Source of the DNA: Deferribacterales bacterium
GTDB lineage: Bacteria; Chrysiogenota; Deferribacteres; Deferribacterales; Geovibrionaceae
Assembly: GCA_050251945.1 (NCBI GenBank)
Contig: JBFWLW010000001.1
Location: 256,001-320,000 of the forward strand
Direction: 5' to 3'
Length of the DNA stretch: 64,000 bases
Of this stretch, positions 1 to 9,787 are shown piece after piece (the stretch's first letter is position 1; the number at the start of each line of letters is the position of its first letter). The notes under the pieces are model-generated. The model did no database searches and was not told the DNA's origin. It saw only the letters and a list, made by a program, of their open reading frames with translations. Position numbers and translations under genes: made by a program.

Positions 1-1
1 G

Positions 2-226
2 ATTTATAACCTTGAGAACCTTTCCGTTCTCTCTGCCGAAGAAGTATCAAAGCTCATCGAATCAGGGCTTGACGATATAGAAAAACTGTCAAACGCCAGC
101 CCCCACGAGGTTGCGTACGCAGTAAGCAAAGGCGAGGACGAAGCGGTGAATATCATCAATGCCGCAATTGACTTCCTTGCAAGTAAATTTGAAGATATGG
201 ATTCTGAGGAGCAAGAAGAAAATTAG
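2..226 (+). CDS. nusA: 3' end of transcription termination factor NusA (partial)
   Basis: Open frame from the window edge to TAG 224-226 (IYNLENLSVLSAEEVSKLIESGLDDIEKL...EEQEEN), acidic helical tail; lies directly upstream of ylxR-infB. Confidence 0.7.
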   Translation: MYNLENLSVLSAEEVSKLIESGLDDIEKLSNASPHEVAYAVSKGEDEAVNIINAAIDFLASKFEDMDSEEQEEN

Positions 227-232
227 AAGATC

Positions 233-454
233 ATGAAAAGGGTCATTAGAACCTGCGTGTCCTGTGGTATTAAAAAGGAAAAAACAGAGCTTGTTCGCTT
301 CGTCTATTCCGATAAACCCGAAGAGGATGCAAATGGGAGCAGGCACGGGCGCGGAGCCTATGTCTGCGATAACGAAAAGTGCAGAGATATCGGGCTGAAA
401 AAAATGAAGCTGACAAGATCTCTGCTTTGCAACCAATTTAGACGAACCCGCTGA
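233..454 (+). CDS. ylxR: YlxR/DUF448 family RNA-binding protein
   Basis: RTCVSC...ELVRFV...GRGAYVC...C motif; between nusA and infB. Confidence 0.9.
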   Translation: MKRVIRTCVSCGIKKEKTELVRFVYSDKPEEDANGSRHGRGAYVCDNEKCRDIGLKKMKLTRSLLCNQFRRTR

Positions 455-468
455 ACAGGTGAAATTAT

Positions 469-3400
469 ATGTCTGGAATCAAACTGACTGATGTAGCGAA
501 AAAACTTGGAAAAAACGAAGACGAGATTCTGAATAACGTACAAGGAGCAGGACACAATATGGCTGACGACGGCACCATTTCCGATGACGCCGTTAAGTCG
601 CTCGGGCTTGACCCGAAACACCTGCATCTTGACCGCAGACAGGAGATGCTTAAAAAAGCTATGGAACGCCATAAAAAATATCCGAAATCCAGAGAAGTTA
701 AAATGGGTTCTGGAGATAATGAAGCAGTCAGAAAGATTTCCAAACAAGAGCTTATCGATAGAAAGAAGAAACTTGAGAATACAATTCGTAATGTTGACGA
801 AATAAGAGAAACTACACGCGATGATGCTGCACAGGCTCCTGTTGAAGAGAGAGCTGCTGCAAATTCTTCACCCGCTGCGGAAGAGGTTAAAACCGTGAAA
901 CCGGAAGTTCAGGAAACTGCCAAACCTGCTGCTCAGTCTGAATCCGCTGAACCTGTTAAACAGGCGCAGCCCCAGCAGAATACACAGGCTCCACGTCCCC
1001 AAAGAGAGGATCGTCCCCAATATACCCGCGATGACAACCGCCAACAGGGCGACAGACCGTCTTATCAGGGAGACCGCCCGCAATATAACCGCGAAGGTGG
1101 AGACAGACCTCAGTATAACAGAGACAACCGCCCCCAAGGCGACAGACCGCCTTATCAGGGTGACCGCCCGCAGTACAACCGCGAAGGCGGAGACAGACCC
1201 CAATACAACAGAGACAACCGCCCCCAAGGCGACAGACCGCCTTATCAGGGAGACCGTCCTCAATATAACAGGGATAACCGCCCCCAAGGCGACAGACCTC
1301 CCTATCAGGGCGACCGTCCTCAATACAACAGAGACAACCGTCCCCAAGGCGACAGACCTCCCTATCAGGGAGACCGTCCTCAATATAACAGGGATAACCG
1401 CCCCCAAGGCGACAGACCTCCCTATCAGGGTGATCGTCCTCAATATAACAGGGATAACCGCCCCCAAGGCGACAGACCTCCTTATCAGGGAGACCGTCCG
1501 CAATATAACAGGGATAACCGTCCCCAAGGTGACAGACCTCCTTATCAAGGTGATCGTCCCTATAACAGAGACAACCGCCCCCAAGGCGACAGACCTCCTT
1601 ATCAGGGCGACCGTCCCTATAACAGAGACAACCGTCCCCAAGGTGACAGACCTCCCTATCAGGGCGACCGTCCCTATAACAGAGACAATCGTCCTCAGGG
1701 TGACAGACCGCCTTATCAGGGCGACCGTCCCTATAACAGAGACAACCGTCCCCAAGGTGACAGACCTCCTTACCGTCCGCAGGGCGGCGGCGCAGGCAGA
1801 CCTCAGATGGAGGAAAAATCCATAGCTGAGCTTGCTGAAAAGAAAAAAGTAATGCGCGAGAAACCCAAAACGGAGACTGTCGAAACCAAAAAGGTAAAGG
1901 CTAAGGCTGCCGTTGCTAAAAAAGAGAAAAACATCCATAAGGGTGTTGATGAAGGCATCGAGCTTTTTGAACTTGAAAAGCAGATACTGTCTTCAGATGG
2001 TGCTCCCGTTGTTGAAGCTGGAAAAGAAGTTGTTGAAGAAGCACCAAGAGAAAAAAGAACTGACAACAGAAATAACCGTAGACCTTTCAAAAAACAGAAG
2101 GGCAGAAGAGAGGAAAAACAAGAGCCTGTTATTGTGCGCCCGTCAAGCGTTCAGATAGGCGAGAATGTTGTTGTTTCCGAATTTGCCAAGCTTATCGGAG
2201 TTAAAGCGACTGAAGTTATCAAAAAACTTATCGGTCTCGGCGTTATGGCGAGCGTTAATCAGGCGATTGACGGCGACACGGCGACTCTGCTTGCTTCTGA
2301 ATACGGTATAGACGTTAAAGTGAAATTCCTTACGGAAGACGACCTTATCCCCAAACACGAGGACAAGGACGAAGACCTTGTTTCCAGACCGCCTATCGTT
2401 ACCGTCATGGGTCACGTTGACCACGGTAAAACATCACTGCTCGACAGAATCCGTCTTACGGCTGTTGCAGAGGGCGAAGCAGGCGGTATCACACAGCACA
2501 TCGGTGCGTATGAGGTCAAGCTTGAACACGGAACTATAACTTTCCTTGATACACCCGGTCACGAGGCGTTCACAACCCTTCGTGCAAGAGGTGCCAGCGT
2601 TACGGATATAGTTATACTTGTTGTTGCGGCAGACGACGGCGTTATGCCCCAGACAAAAGAAGCTATTGACCACGCGAAAGCGGCAGGCGTTAAAATTATT
2701 GTTGCCATCAACAAAATAGATAAAGAAAATGCCAACCCTGATATGGTTCGTAACCAGCTTTCCGAATACGGACTTATTTCGGAAGACTGGGGAGGCGATA
2801 CACAGTTTCAGGAGATTTCGGCAAAACAGAACATCAAAGTTGATGCACTGCTTGAAAGAGTGCTTCTTGAAGCTGAACTGCTTGAACTTAAAGGCAATCC
2901 CAACGCTCCGGCAGAGGGTATCGTTATCGAATCAAAACTGGACAAACAGAAAGGTCCGGTTGCGACAGTGCTTATCAACAGAGGTACACTCACCAGAGGC
3001 GATAACTTTGTTGTCGGTACCGAATCAGGCAAAGTAAGGGCGATGTTCAACTATAAAGGCGTTGCCATTAAGGAAGCCGGACTTTCAGTTCCCGTTGAGA
3101 TAATGGGATTTTCCGGCGTTCCCGAATCAGGCGACAGATTCATCGTTACAGCTGATGAAAAAACAGCAAGAGCAATCGCAGAACTGCGTACTGAAGAGAA
3201 ACGCAAACACACGCTGGCGGAAAAAACCTCTGTCAGTCTTGCGGATATCTTCAACAGAATAAAAGAGGGCAAGCTGAAAGAACTGAATATCGTGCTGAAA
3301 GCCGACGTTCAGGGTTCACTGGAAGCTCTGAAATCCTCTCTGATAAAACTTTCCAACCCCGAAGTGAAGATAAATATCATTTCAAGCGGTGTGGGCGGTA

Positions 3401-3936
3401 TTTCGGAGAACGATATCATCCTCGCAACTGCATCCAGCGCTATTATCATCGGTTTCAACGTCCGTCCCGGACAGCAGGCGAAAGCCAAAGCAGAGCAGGA
3501 GGGCGTTGAGCTTAACCTTTACTCTGTAATCTATCAGGCGATAGACGATGTTAAACAGGCGATGGAAGGTATGCTTGACCCGTCGCGCAAAGAGGAAGTT
3601 CTCGGTCGTGCGGAAGTTCGTCAGGTGTTCTCTGTGCCGAAAATCGGCAAGATCGCAGGTTCATACGTTACCGAGGGCAAGGTTGCCAGAAATGCCAGCG
3701 TCAGGGTCATCAGAGACTCTATCGTTATCTATGACGGCAAACTCCACTCTCTTAAACGTTTCAAAGACGATGCGAAAGAGGTTGCACAGGGTTACGAGTG
3801 CGGTATCGGAGTTGAAAAATACAACGATATCAAAGAAGGAGACGTTTTCGAGTTCTATATCATGGTTGAAGAAAAAAGAACTCTTGAAGATGTCCGCAGA
3901 GATTCAGAAGCAAAAGAAAAGGAAGAGAGCAAATAA
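469..3936 (+). CDS. infB: Translation initiation factor IF-2 with repeat-expanded N-terminus
   Basis: [21 protein letters not shown]-domain motifs; C-terminal [19 protein letters not shown]. Confidence 0.99.
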   Translation: MSGIKLTDVAKKLGKNEDEILNNVQGAGHNMADDGTISDDAVKSLGLDPKHLHLDRRQEMLKKAMERHKKYPKSREVKMGSGDNEAVRKISKQELIDRKKKLENTIRNVDEIRETTRDDAAQAPVEERAAANSSPAAEEVKTVKPEVQETAKPAAQSESAEPVKQAQPQQNTQAPRPQREDRPQYTRDDNRQQGDRPSYQGDRPQYNREGGDRPQYNRDNRPQGDRPPYQGDRPQYNREGGDRPQYNRDNRPQGDRPPYQGDRPQYNRDNRPQGDRPPYQGDRPQYNRDNRPQGDRPPYQGDRPQYNRDNRPQGDRPPYQGDRPQYNRDNRPQGDRPPYQGDRPQYNRDNRPQGDRPPYQGDRPYNRDNRPQGDRPPYQGDRPYNRDNRPQGDRPPYQGDRPYNRDNRPQGDRPPYQGDRPYNRDNRPQGDRPPYRPQGGGAGRPQMEEKSIAELAEKKKVMREKPKTETVETKKVKAKAAVAKKEKNIHKGVDEGIELFELEKQILSSDGAPVVEAGKEVVEEAPREKRTDNRNNRRPFKKQKGRREEKQEPVIVRPSSVQIGENVVVSEFAKLIGVKATEVIKKLIGLGVMASVNQAIDGDTATLLASEYGIDVKVKFLTEDDLIPKHEDKDEDLVSRPPIVTVMGHVDHGKTSLLDRIRLTAVAEGEAGGITQHIGAYEVKLEHGTITFLDTPGHEAFTTLRARGASVTDIVILVVAADDGVMPQTKEAIDHAKAAGVKIIVAINKIDKENANPDMVRNQLSEYGLISEDWGGDTQFQEISAKQNIKVDALLERVLLEAELLELKGNPNAPAEGIVIESKLDKQKGPVATVLINRGTLTRGDNFVVGTESGKVRAMFNYKGVAIKEAGLSVPVEIMGFSGVPESGDRFIVTADEKTARAIAELRTEEKRKHTLAEKTSVSLADIFNRIKEGKLKELNIVLKADVQGSLEALKSSLIKLSNPEVKINIISSGVGGISENDIILATASSAIIIGFNVRPGQQAKAKAEQEGVELNLYSVIYQAIDDVKQAMEGMLDPSRKEEVLGRAEVRQVFSVPKIGKIAGSYVTEGKVARNASVRVIRDSIVIYDGKLHSLKRFKDDAKEVAQGYECGIGVEKYNDIKEGDVFEFYIMVEEKRTLEDVRRDSEAKEKEESK
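1009..1773 (+). repeat. In-frame tandem repeat array in infB (90-, 60- and 57-nt units; [18 protein letters not shown](Q)Y)
   Basis: 60-nt periodicity visible at 1201-1560; 57-nt units from 1561; two 90-nt units at about 1021-1200. Confidence 0.97.
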
Positions 3937-3970
3937 GTTCTTGACGTTTTCTGAAATATATATGATAGTT

Positions 3971-4008
3971 GCTGTTCCGCATCCCTTTGGGTGCGGAACG
4001 CATTTTGC
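3971..4008 (+). terminator. Stem-loop downstream of infB (possible terminator or processing signal)
   Basis: gttccgcatcc-cttt-gggtgcggaac followed by a short T run. Confidence 0.5.
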
Positions 4009-4078
4009 CGGCCGTTGATACGGTTTCCGCTCATGATGGGGCGGTTGCTGTGCAATCGGAGAATGAGCAGGAGATATT

Positions 4079-4417
4079 TTGGTGAGAGACAGAAAAGTTG
4101 CGGAGCTTTTACGTTCCGAGATCGCTAACGTGATCATTATGGGGGTCAAAGACCCGAAAGTTAAAGATGTTGTTATCACGGGCGTTGAGATATCCAAAGA
4201 CCTGTCCAGTGCCAAAATATTTTTCAGCACTTATAATAAAAGTGCAAAAGAAGGGATTGAAAAAGGGCTTAACCGTTCTGCAGGCTATATCAGGCACTGC
4301 ATTATAAAAGGCCTTACCATCAAAAAAGTTCCCGAACTCCGCTTCATTTATGACGATTCATCCGATTACGGCCAGAAAATTGACGAAGTTTTAAAAACCA
4401 TCAGTCATGAGCAGTAA
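4079..4417 (+). CDS. rbfA: Ribosome-binding factor A
   Basis: VKDPKV...SKDLSSAKIF...VPELRFIYDDS; SD aggaga; synteny. Confidence 0.96.
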   Translation: MVRDRKVAELLRSEIANVIIMGVKDPKVKDVVITGVEISKDLSSAKIFFSTYNKSAKEGIEKGLNRSAGYIRHCIIKGLTIKKVPELRFIYDDSSDYGQKIDEVLKTISHEQ

Positions 4418-5310
4418 TGGATGGCGTTGTAAATATCTACAAAGAAAAAGGTATTTCATCATTTTCAGTTGTCAGGTCGGTCCGCAGAATTTTTAATACA
4501 AAAAAATGCGGTCATACCGGCACTCTCGACCCGCTGGCGGAAGGCGTTCTTCCCGTCTGTCTGGGTTATGCCACCAAACTTGCAGATTACATGATGGCTC
4601 TTGATAAAGAGTATGTTGCTCAGTTCCGCCTTGGCGAAGCCAGAGACAGCTATGACACGGACGGCGTGATAACTGCCGAAAACCGTGATATCAGACCTTC
4701 AAAAGATGAGGTCGAGGCTGTTCTTCACACTTTCATAGGCGATGTGGAGCTTACTGTTCCCGCGTATTCAGCCGTTAAAATAAACGGTGTGCGGGCTTAC
4801 GATCTTGCCAGAAAAGGCGAGATTGAGGATGCCGGAAGCCGCGTGATGTCAATCACAGATATTGAGCTGATGGATTACAGCTATCCCGACGGGCTTTTTC
4901 GCATGAAATGCAGAAAAGGTACTTATGTAAGGAGCGTTATCCACGAGGCAGGGCTTAAGCTGGGCTGTTACGGTGTCATGAGCGGACTTATCCGCACGGT
5001 GAACGGAAAGTTCACGCAGGCGGCGGCTTATAAGCTGGGCGACCTTGACCGGATGAAAGAGGAGGGCAGACTTGACGAGGCTGTCATTCCTGTGGACAAG
5101 GCTCTCGGATGGGCAAAGGCGATCGTTCGCGACGAAGCTGTGAAGCTTGTGAAAAACGGCGTCTCCGTGAAAAGACATAACTACCTGACCGTACCGGACA
5201 ATGACGGCGGTCATGTTTTTCTGACGGACAGAAACGGCGAACTGCTGGCTTTTGCGGAACAAAGCGGACTTGCCGACCAACCTTTCATAATTGTGAAATT
5301 ACTGGTCTGA
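4417..5310 (+). CDS. truB: tRNA pseudouridine(55) synthase
   Basis: GHTGTLDPLAEGVL, YSAVKING, KGTYVRS. Confidence 0.97.
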   Translation: MDGVVNIYKEKGISSFSVVRSVRRIFNTKKCGHTGTLDPLAEGVLPVCLGYATKLADYMMALDKEYVAQFRLGEARDSYDTDGVITAENRDIRPSKDEVEAVLHTFIGDVELTVPAYSAVKINGVRAYDLARKGEIEDAGSRVMSITDIELMDYSYPDGLFRMKCRKGTYVRSVIHEAGLKLGCYGVMSGLIRTVNGKFTQAAAYKLGDLDRMKEEGRLDEAVIPVDKALGWAKAIVRDEAVKLVKNGVSVKRHNYLTVPDNDGGHVFLTDRNGELLAFAEQSGLADQPFIIVKLLV

Positions 5311-5372
5311 CAGACTGGATTTAATAAGATAAATTTGCTATAATACTAGCTTATCATGGAGGTAATTTTAAA

Positions 5373-5642
5373 ATGGTAATGACCAAAGAACGCAAGGAAG
5401 AGATTATCGCAGGAAACAAAACCCATAATGCTGATACAGGCTCTCCTGAAGTGCAGATAGCGCTTCTGACAGAAAGAATCACTTATCTGACAGAACACTT
5501 CAAAACTAACCCCAAAGACCACCACTCAAGAAGAGGTCTTCTTCTTCTCGTTGGTCGCCGTAGAAAGCTTCTCGACTATGTGAAGAAGAAAGATTATATG
5601 AGATACCGCAAAATCATCGAAGCTCTCGGAATCAGGAAGTAA
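5373..5642 (+). CDS. rpsO: 30S ribosomal protein S15
   Basis: [13 protein letters not shown]...[10 protein letters not shown]. Confidence 0.99.
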   Translation: MVMTKERKEEIIAGNKTHNADTGSPEVQIALLTERITYLTEHFKTNPKDHHSRRGLLLLVGRRRKLLDYVKKKDYMRYRKIIEALGIRK

Positions 5643-5648
5643 TACTAG

Positions 5649-7787
5649 ATGGAAAAAAATATTCAGACTTTCCCTATTCGCCTGCGTGAAGACGCCGACG
5701 AAATAATTTTTGAAACCGGCTGGAAAGCCAAGCAGGCAAACGGCAGTGTATGGATCAAACAGGGCGGCACAATCGTCCTCGTTACTGCTGTCGGTCAGAA
5801 AAAAGCAGCTGCAAATCAGGGATTTTTTCCCTTGACTGTCAACTACTTTGAAAAATTCTACGCAGCGGGCAAGATTCCCGGCGGTTTCTTTAAAAGAGAG
5901 GCTAAACCCTCCGATAAAGAAACGCTCATTTCCCGTCTGATAGACAGACCGCTGCGCCCTATGTTTCCCGACGGTTTCAGAAACGAAACTCAGGTGATAG
6001 CTACTGTCGTTTCATATGACGGCGTTAACTCGCCCGATATGCTTGCGATGAACGCTGCCAGTGCCGCGCTTATGATATCCGATATTCCCTTCAACGGACC
6101 TATAGCCGGTGTCAAAGTGGGCAGACTGGACGGTAAGCTTCTCATAGATCCCCCCTCAAACCGCGTCAGCGAGCTTGACATCAGCATGACCCTCGCCGGT
6201 ACTGACGATGCCATCGTTATGGTTGAGGCAGGGATGAACAACGTTTCCGAAGAAGAGGTTGTTGAAGCTCTTCAGTTCGGACACAAACACATCCGTATGC
6301 TCGTTGCTCACCAGCTTGAAATGGTTAAAGCGCTTGGCAAAGAGAAATTTGCCTATGAAAGCTTCGCCGTTCCCGCTGACGATGTCAACGACGCTATGGC
6401 TGTTATCGGCGACAAGATCAAGGCTGCACTGGTTATTCCTCAGAAACTTGAGAAATACGCAGCTATCGACAAGCTTGAAGAGGAATTCCTTGTACTCATG
6501 AAAGAAAAAGTGGGTGAAGAGGAATACGCCGCTAAAGAAGGTCACTTCAAAAATATCTACCACGAAGTTGAGAAAACAGCTTTCAGAAACTTCACAATAG
6601 ATTCTAAAACAAGGATCGACGGACGTTCTTACACAGAAGTCCGCCCCATAGACATTGAGCACGCTCTTCTGCCTATGACCCACGGTTCCGCTCTCTTCAC
6701 CAGAGGCGAAACTCAGGCGCTGGTGGTTGCAACGCTTGGTACAAAAATGGATACACAGATCCTTGACAACATCGACGGCGAAGGCAGAAAACGCTTTATG
6801 CTGCACTATAACTTCCCGCCTTTCTGCGTTGGCGAGGTCGGCTTCATGAGAGGACCCGGCAGACGCGAGATCGGTCACGGTGCGCTTGCTGAAAGAGCTC
6901 TGTCATACGTTCTGCCCGATGAAGACAACTTCCCCTATACCGTGCGCATCGTTTCTGAGGTTCTTGAATCAAACGGTTCATCCTCTATGGCGACAGTGTG
7001 CGGCGGATGCCTCAGCCTTATGGATGCAGGCGTTCCGGTCAAAGCTCCCGTTGCGGGCGTTGCTATGGGTCTTATCTATGAAGGAAAAGACAGATACGCA
7101 GTCCTCAGCGACATCATGGGAACTGAAGACCACCTTGGCGATATGGACTTCAAAGTTGCAGGTACCAAAGACGGTATCACCGCGCTTCAGATGGACATCA
7201 AAATAGAAGGTCTTTCAAAAGAACTTCTTGAGACAGCTCTTGAGCAGGCGAAAGCTGCAAGACTTCATATTCTCGGCAAAATGATCGACGTTCTGCCCGA
7301 ACCTAAAGAAGACCTTGCTCCTACAGCCCCCAGATACCTCACCATGAAGATCAACCCCGAGAAGATCGGTATGGTTATCGGACCGGGAGGAAAGATGATC
7401 AAATCCATCATCGAGGAATCAGGCGCGTCCATAGACATCGACGATACTGGCAAGATAAACATCTTTGCTGTAAGCAAAGACGCTATAACCATCGCTCAGA
7501 GACGTGTGAACGAGATCGTTGCAGAAGTCGAAGATGGTGCTGTTTACGATGCTGTTGTCAAAAAGATAATGGAATACGGCGCATTCGTGGAGCTTATCCC
7601 CGGAATCGAGGCACTGCTTCACGTTTCCCAGTACAGCAACGAACGCATTAACAAGATTGAGGACTACCTCAGTGTCGGTGACAGCGTTCAGGTGAAAGTT
7701 GTGGGCAAAGATCCCAACGGACGCTACAAACTCTCCAGAAAAGTTCTTCTCTCCGCAGAAAAACCTGAGGAAAAAGAAGAAAATTAA
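5649..7787 (+). CDS. pnp: Polyribonucleotide nucleotidyltransferase
   Basis: GKIPGGFFKRE, RREIGHG, SNGSSSMA, EDHLGDMDFKVAG; KH and S1 domains. Confidence 0.99.
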   Translation: MEKNIQTFPIRLREDADEIIFETGWKAKQANGSVWIKQGGTIVLVTAVGQKKAAANQGFFPLTVNYFEKFYAAGKIPGGFFKREAKPSDKETLISRLIDRPLRPMFPDGFRNETQVIATVVSYDGVNSPDMLAMNAASAALMISDIPFNGPIAGVKVGRLDGKLLIDPPSNRVSELDISMTLAGTDDAIVMVEAGMNNVSEEEVVEALQFGHKHIRMLVAHQLEMVKALGKEKFAYESFAVPADDVNDAMAVIGDKIKAALVIPQKLEKYAAIDKLEEEFLVLMKEKVGEEEYAAKEGHFKNIYHEVEKTAFRNFTIDSKTRIDGRSYTEVRPIDIEHALLPMTHGSALFTRGETQALVVATLGTKMDTQILDNIDGEGRKRFMLHYNFPPFCVGEVGFMRGPGRREIGHGALAERALSYVLPDEDNFPYTVRIVSEVLESNGSSSMATVCGGCLSLMDAGVPVKAPVAGVAMGLIYEGKDRYAVLSDIMGTEDHLGDMDFKVAGTKDGITALQMDIKIEGLSKELLETALEQAKAARLHILGKMIDVLPEPKEDLAPTAPRYLTMKINPEKIGMVIGPGGKMIKSIIEESGASIDIDDTGKINIFAVSKDAITIAQRRVNEIVAEVEDGAVYDAVVKKIMEYGAFVELIPGIEALLHVSQYSNERINKIEDYLSVGDSVQVKVVGKDPNGRYKLSRKVLLSAEKPEEKEEN

Positions 7788-7811
7788 TATCAAGGGAGCT
7801 TCGGCTCCCTT

Positions 7812-7995
7812 CAGACTGATGACAAAGTCGAAAAAGACGAGATCGCTTCGTCGCTTTATTCGACAAATAGTTTAAAGTGGACTCATTCAGCCTTCGGCTA
7901 GTGCTTCTCGCGAAGACGTAAGTTACTGTCATTGCGAGGAAGCCTCAGGCTGACGCGGCAATCTCATTGATTTTAACCAGTTTATCAGCAACCTG
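7812..7995. mobile_element. MITE copy 1 (IS1182-like ends, internal inverted REP doublet) flanked by a 20-bp duplication of the pnp terminator
   Basis: Ends cagactgatgacaaa / tttatcagcaacctg (imperfect inverted repeats); aagggagcttcggctccctt present at both 7792-7811 and 7996-8015. Confidence 0.8.
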
Positions 7996-8019
7996 AAGGG
8001 AGCTTCGGCTCCCTTTTTT
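7996..8019 (+). terminator. Intrinsic terminator of the pnp operon
   Basis: aagggagc-ttcg-gctccctt followed by T run. Confidence 0.85.
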
Positions 8020-8025
8020 ATTCAA

Positions 8026-8054
8026 TTGACCACACAACCTTTGCGGTGTAAAAT
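8026..8054 (+). promoter_or_regulatory. Sigma70-type promoter for the M16 peptidase operon
   Basis: TTGACC-N17-TAAAAT. Confidence 0.7.
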
Positions 8055-8084
8055 CTTCCTTCATTCAATTCAAAAGGACACTTA

Positions 8085-9302
8085 ATGAGAGAAATATACA
8101 AAGTCGGCAACATTCCTGTTATCTACGAGAATGTAACCAGCCTTCCGGGGCTTTTCACCATATCCGTATTTTTCGACACGGGTTCCGCAAACGAAACAAA
8201 AGCAAACAACGGTGTTTCCCACTTCATCGAACACATGGCATTCCGCGGCACCAGAGACTATTCAAATGAGGAGATAAGCAGACTTTCCGAAATGTACGGC
8301 GGCTACATGAACGCCTATACGTCGAAAGAAACAACTGCATATTACATAAAGGGTTTTTCAGGAAATTTGGAACTTTTCATAAAACTGATGGCAAATATCT
8401 GTTTTTATCCGGTGTTCATCGAAGATGATTTTTTGCAGGAAAAACAGATAATCATAGATGAGATAAACTCCATTATGGACAGCCCCGATGAATATCTGGG
8501 CGAGGTATCGGAAGAGGAGCTTTTCAGAGGCTGTTCGCTTGAGTACCCTGTGTCCGGCACCGTCGCTTCAGTTGAACAGCTTGAGTTCTCAGAACTCAAC
8601 CGTTTTTACAAGGAAAACTACACTCCGGACAATTGCATAATAACAATAAGCGGCGATGTGAAAATGGATGATGTCTCTAAATATATTAGTAAATATTTTC
8701 CTGCTTCACAAAATAATTATGCCGGAAAGCTAAACCATTACATTCCTGCATATTCGCCCAAAAATCACGATTTTCATTTCAAATCAGGACAGAGTTACGT
8801 TCAGCTTATGTACCCGGCGTTTGAATACGGCAATGTTGAAAGATACGCTCTGTCGGGCGGTGTGATGATTCTGGGCGGGCTGATGAGTTCAAGGCTTTTT
8901 CAGGAGATACGGGAAAAACGCGGACTCTGCTACAACATTGAAGCGGAGGCTGTTCTTTACAGAAAGGCGGGATATGCAAACATCATGTACTCATGCGCAG
9001 AAAAATCAGGCGACAAAGTGCTTGAACTTGTATTTACGGAAATAAAGAAGCTGGTTGAAAATGGAATCACAGACGACGAGCTTACTATGATAAAGAATCA
9101 GCTCATCCTTTCTTATGTTTCAAACTTTGAAACCCTTGAAAGCCGCGTACAGATGAATTTTCGGCAGTTTTACCATTACGGCAGACTGCTTGAAAGCGAA
9201 GAGATAATGGGCAGGATAGAGACGCTGGATAAAGTGAGTATACAGCGTACGGCTGCAGAAATATTTAAGAGGGAGTATTCGGTATGCAGACTTGTAAAGT
9301 AA
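8085..9302 (+). CDS. M16 family zinc metallopeptidase
   Basis: HFIEH (HxxEH), [24 protein letters not shown]. Confidence 0.93.
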   Translation: MREIYKVGNIPVIYENVTSLPGLFTISVFFDTGSANETKANNGVSHFIEHMAFRGTRDYSNEEISRLSEMYGGYMNAYTSKETTAYYIKGFSGNLELFIKLMANICFYPVFIEDDFLQEKQIIIDEINSIMDSPDEYLGEVSEEELFRGCSLEYPVSGTVASVEQLEFSELNRFYKENYTPDNCIITISGDVKMDDVSKYISKYFPASQNNYAGKLNHYIPAYSPKNHDFHFKSGQSYVQLMYPAFEYGNVERYALSGGVMILGGLMSSRLFQEIREKRGLCYNIEAEAVLYRKAGYANIMYSCAEKSGDKVLELVFTEIKKLVENGITDDELTMIKNQLILSYVSNFETLESRVQMNFRQFYHYGRLLESEEIMGRIETLDKVSIQRTAAEIFKREYSVCRLVK

Positions 9303-9718
9303 AGATAAAAGCAGACGATCCGGCGCTTATGCCGGAGTATAAGACGGAACACGCGGCGGGCGTTGACCTTATGGCGGCGCACAGCGGCGAGATAAAACCT
9401 TTTGAAAGGACACTGGTGAAAACAGGTCTTTATATCGAACTGCCGGAAGGTTTTGAGGCGCAAATACGCCCCAGAAGCGGTCTGGCGCTTAAAAACGGCA
9501 TAACACTGCTCAACACTCCCGGAACAATAGATTCCGACTACAGGGGCGAGCTTGGAATAATTCTTATAAATCTTTCTCAGGATACGTTTGTTTTCAAGAA
9601 AGGCGACCGAATAGCGCAGATGGTAATAGCACCCGTTACCAGAGCTGTTTTTGAACATGCGACCGAATTGTCTGAAACCGAAAGGGGCGCAGGCGGCTTC
9701 GGACACACAGGAATATGA
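9284..9718 (+). CDS. dut: dUTP diphosphatase
   Basis: [33 protein letters not shown]. Confidence 0.97.
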   Translation: MQTCKVKIKADDPALMPEYKTEHAAGVDLMAAHSGEIKPFERTLVKTGLYIELPEGFEAQIRPRSGLALKNGITLLNTPGTIDSDYRGELGIILINLSQDTFVFKKGDRIAQMVIAPVTRAVFEHATELSETERGAGGFGHTGI

Positions 9719-9787
9719 CACAATTATGTTTATAAATTTTCTCATTTGTGTGCTAATATGACTTATCAAGTTTTTAAGGGTGATTCT

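Noticed and set aside
1009..1773. Repeat array as a CRISPR array
   Set aside because: No unique spacers, in frame within infB, no cas genes
868..1938. 356-aa antisense ORF and 264-aa alternative-frame ORF (1031-1825) over infB
   Set aside because: Shadow ORFs of the stop-free tandem repeat; unit variation is synonymous in the IF2 frame
7669..7932. 87-aa minus-strand ORF across the MITE as a transposase remnant
   Set aside because: No DDE or HUH motif; overlaps pnp antisense
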